Source: Pyrinomonadaceae bacterium
GTDB lineage: Bacteria; Acidobacteriota; Blastocatellia; Pyrinomonadales; Pyrinomonadaceae
DNA: 41,444 nucleotides
Assembly (NCBI GenBank): GCA_031392315.1
Contig: JANMVC010000130.1
Location: forward strand, 1-41,444
Reading direction: 5' to 3'
Shown: in pieces, positions 40,659 to 41,444 of the stretch
Layout of the letters: each line of letters starts with the position of its first letter
Position numbering within the stretch: position 1 is the first letter of the stretch
Program-made: the position numbers and the translations under genes
Notes under the pieces: generated by a model
Seen by the model: the letters and a program-made list of their open reading frames with translations, nothing else
What the model was told of the DNA's origin: nothing
Databases searched by the model: none

Positions 40659-41444
40659 TCATGGCGTGACAACTCTCCCGCTGGTGGCGGTGCGGCCGGA
40701 GATGGAGGTGCGGGTGTGGGAAACTTGGCCGCTTGCCGCCACAAAATTCGTCCCGTAAATCAAACGATGCCCAGCTTGCCAGTTGGTAACATTTAAAATA
40801 TAAGGATCGTTTGGATTAACAGGCGGAAATATCACCAGTGAGTTTGTCGGGGTGGCTGAGTAAACCATGCTATCAGCGAGACTAGTTTCTTCCCCTGAAA
40901 TCACTATCTTCGTCCGGGTTTTGAAGTCGTAGTTGCAGTGGTAAATCCATGAGTTGGTAACAACTGGATCTGGATAAACAAGCCATGGATACGTGTCCAG
41001 CCAGACTTGGGCTTCAGTGAGTGAGTTATTCGCTACGTTAGGATAACCGGCTCGAATAATCACCGCCTGATCTGTGTAACCCGGCGAACCGGTCATTAAG
41101 TAAGCGAACCCTGTGTCGTTAGTCATTGGATGCCAACCAAGCACATTCCCTACGATGTTGTTGGTGTAGTTACCCCTGTTTAAATCGATCAATTTGATGT
41201 TTCCACCAGCATCATTGACATCCATTCCGGTCACCCATGAGCGATAGAGATAACCATGGGATTCGCTTCCATGATAAGAGTCTCCAAAGCTATATTGTGA
41301 TAAATACTCTCCCTCATCAAGATTCATCATTGGATGCGCCCCATGACTGCCATTGACTGCGGCAGTGTGTTTGGCCCAACTCTGGAAATCAATGTTCGTG
41401 TAAACATTAAAACATCCGTAATTACCAGAAGAATTAGAGCGCAG
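40659..41444 (-). CDS. C-terminal part of the same junction-spanning beta-helix protein (41343-41444 duplicates 1-102)
   Basis: The track ORF 40659..41330 stays open upstream (..SWAKHTAAVNGSHGAHPMMNLDEG..) through the repeat. Gly/Asn/Thr-rich beta-helix-like composition. Confidence 0.8.
   Translation of the reverse strand: MRSNSSGNYGCFNVYTNIDFQSWAKHTAAVNGSHGAHPMMNLDEGEYLSQYSFGDSYHGSESHGYLYRSWVTGMDVNDAGGNIKLIDLNRGNYTNNIVGNVLGWHPMTNDTGFAYLMTGSPGYTDQAVIIRAGYPNVANNSLTEAQVWLDTYPWLVYPDPVVTNSWIYHCNYDFKTRTKIVISGEETSLADSMVYSATPTNSLVIFPPVNPNDPYILNVTNWQAGHRLIYGTNFVAASGQVSHTRTSISGRTATSGRVVTP
41343..41444. repeat. Terminal direct repeat, copy 2 (most likely assembly overlap of a circular or concatemeric template)
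   Basis: Identical to 1-102. It lies inside an open reading frame. Confidence 0.95.

Larger units (their letters stand above)
1..41342. mobile_element. Complete circularly closing genome of a temperate tailed phage (HK97-fold capsid, siphovirus-like order)
   Basis: Terminase, portal, protease-capsid, tape measure and fibre genes plus an integrase/repressor module. Ends 1-102 and 41343-41444 are identical and an ORF is continuous across them. Confidence 0.85.

Noticed and set aside
1-41444. CRISPR arrays, rRNA/tRNA genes, transposases/IS elements, toxin-antitoxin or known multi-gene defence systems
   Set aside because: I saw no regularly spaced repeats, no conserved RNA motifs and no transposase, reverse-transcriptase, cyclase or helicase-nuclease signatures while reading the ORFs on both strands. 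A profile search would be needed to exclude divergent members.

Overview
The window is one complete, circularly closing genome of a temperate tailed phage with an HK97-fold capsid and siphovirus-like gene order. Bases 1-102 are identical to 41343-41444, so the unique length is 41,342 bp. A 570-aa minus-strand ORF reads straight through that junction.

Most genes lie on the minus strand in two long blocks chained by ATGA/GTGA stop-start overlaps.
(1) The early block runs from 37762 down to 25635. It encodes an RHH Cro-like protein, two HNH nucleases, a PAPS-reductase/DndC-like PP-loop protein, a Sak4-like ATPase, a PD-(D/E)XK nuclease, a RuvC-like resolvase, a Dam-type methyltransferase, a YdaU/DUF1376 replication protein and many tiny ORFs.
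(2) The late block runs from 25505 down to 1 and on through the junction to 40659. It encodes a small terminase, a lambda GpA-type large terminase, a gpW-like protein, a lambda-type portal, a fused HK97 protease-major capsid, connector-region genes, a tail tube, a chaperone, a short tape measure, tail-tip proteins and then five fibre/beta-helix genes.

The plus strand carries a lysogeny module (37890-40612) with a second RHH protein, a tyrosine integrase and small morons. I saw no rRNA, tRNA, CRISPR array, transposase or reverse transcriptase.

The most unusual signals are:
(a) A fixed-geometry motif (TTGAC.-17 nt including CCGCCATTT-TAACCC) occurs five times, four of them 6-8 nt before late-gene start codons.
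(b) Every gene of the distal fibre/depolymerase block, plus a gene just after the capsid gene, starts with a canonical Sec-type signal peptide.
(c) A membrane/outer-membrane-barrel cassette sits between the head and tail genes, and no endolysin is recognisable anywhere in the genome.
(d) A 17-20 nt repeat occurs three times inside an accessory insertion between terL and the portal gene.
(e) Structured intergenic elements and an AT-rich island lie in the early operon.

All functional calls come from motif recognition by eye. No database search or structure prediction was possible.
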